DNA from: Myxococcota bacterium | GTDB taxonomy: Bacteria; Myxococcota; Myxococcia; Myxococcales; Myxococcaceae | Direction of reading: 5' to 3' | DNA: 42,291 nucleotides | Assembly: GCA_049322255.1 (NCBI GenBank) | Contig: JBMORE010000004.1 | Coordinates: 1-42,291 of the forward strand | Shown: positions 42,167-42,291 of the stretch, one piece after another | Layout of the letters: every line of letters begins with the position of its first letter | Numbering within the stretch: the stretch's first letter is position 1 | Notes under the pieces: generated by a model | Told to the model about the DNA's origin: nothing | Database searches by the model: none | Seen by the model: only the letters and a program-made list of their open reading frames with translations | Position numbers and translations under genes: made by a program

Positions 42167-42291
42167 CAATGATAACGCGTCTAGAGCAATGGTCGCTCTT
42201 CCCCTTCTTCACCAGGTCGCCCGGTTCTTGGTGGCGGCACTCCAGCGGTGCGGGGCGGCACGGGCCTCCGACTCTCCAACTCCACGCCCGT

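Larger units (their letters stand above)
41390..42184 (-). mobile_element. Internally deleted IS5-like insertion sequence
   Basis: End-like sequence TAGAGCGCGTCCGGTAATTC at 41390 and a transposase remnant inside. Possible degenerate opposite end AACGCGTCTAG at 42174-42184 (tentative). Confidence 0.6.

Noticed and set aside
42042..42212. N-terminal extension of the transposase ORF to 42212
   Set aside because: A strong GGAGG RBS precedes ATG 42041, and the extension runs through AT-rich, non-coding-like sequence.

Overview
High-GC bacterial chromosomal window. It is most consistent with a myxobacterium (Myxococcota): MYXO-CTERM-like tails, Cys-rich lipoproteins, two Hanks-type Ser/Thr kinases and a stand-alone PilZ protein. 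Housekeeping genes include radA, pyk, dusB, map, queF, a fatty-acid desaturase and a metal ABC ATPase/permease. They are interleaved with a dispersed purine-catabolism region: an ssnA-like amidohydrolase, the operon puuD-allB-alc-uraD-uraH plus an uncharacterised CitE/malate-synthase-fold enzyme, and a three-subunit xanthine dehydrogenase. Surface or secreted proteins include a tandem serine-protease pair behind a sigma54-type promoter, a TonB-like protein and a poly-Gly repeat lipoprotein. The strongest candidate for an undescribed system is this purine pathway. Its PuuD lacks the cytochrome c domain, no ureidoglycolate lyase gene is in the window and the CitE-like enzyme follows the allantoin genes, and the SsnA homologue has lost two metal ligands. 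Manual translation also found features the ORF track missed or mis-started: a vapBC pair with both genes internally deleted, a mazF/pemK 3' fragment, a 59-aa membrane peptide and an IS5-like element with an internally deleted transposase. All calls come from motif recognition only; no database searches were run.
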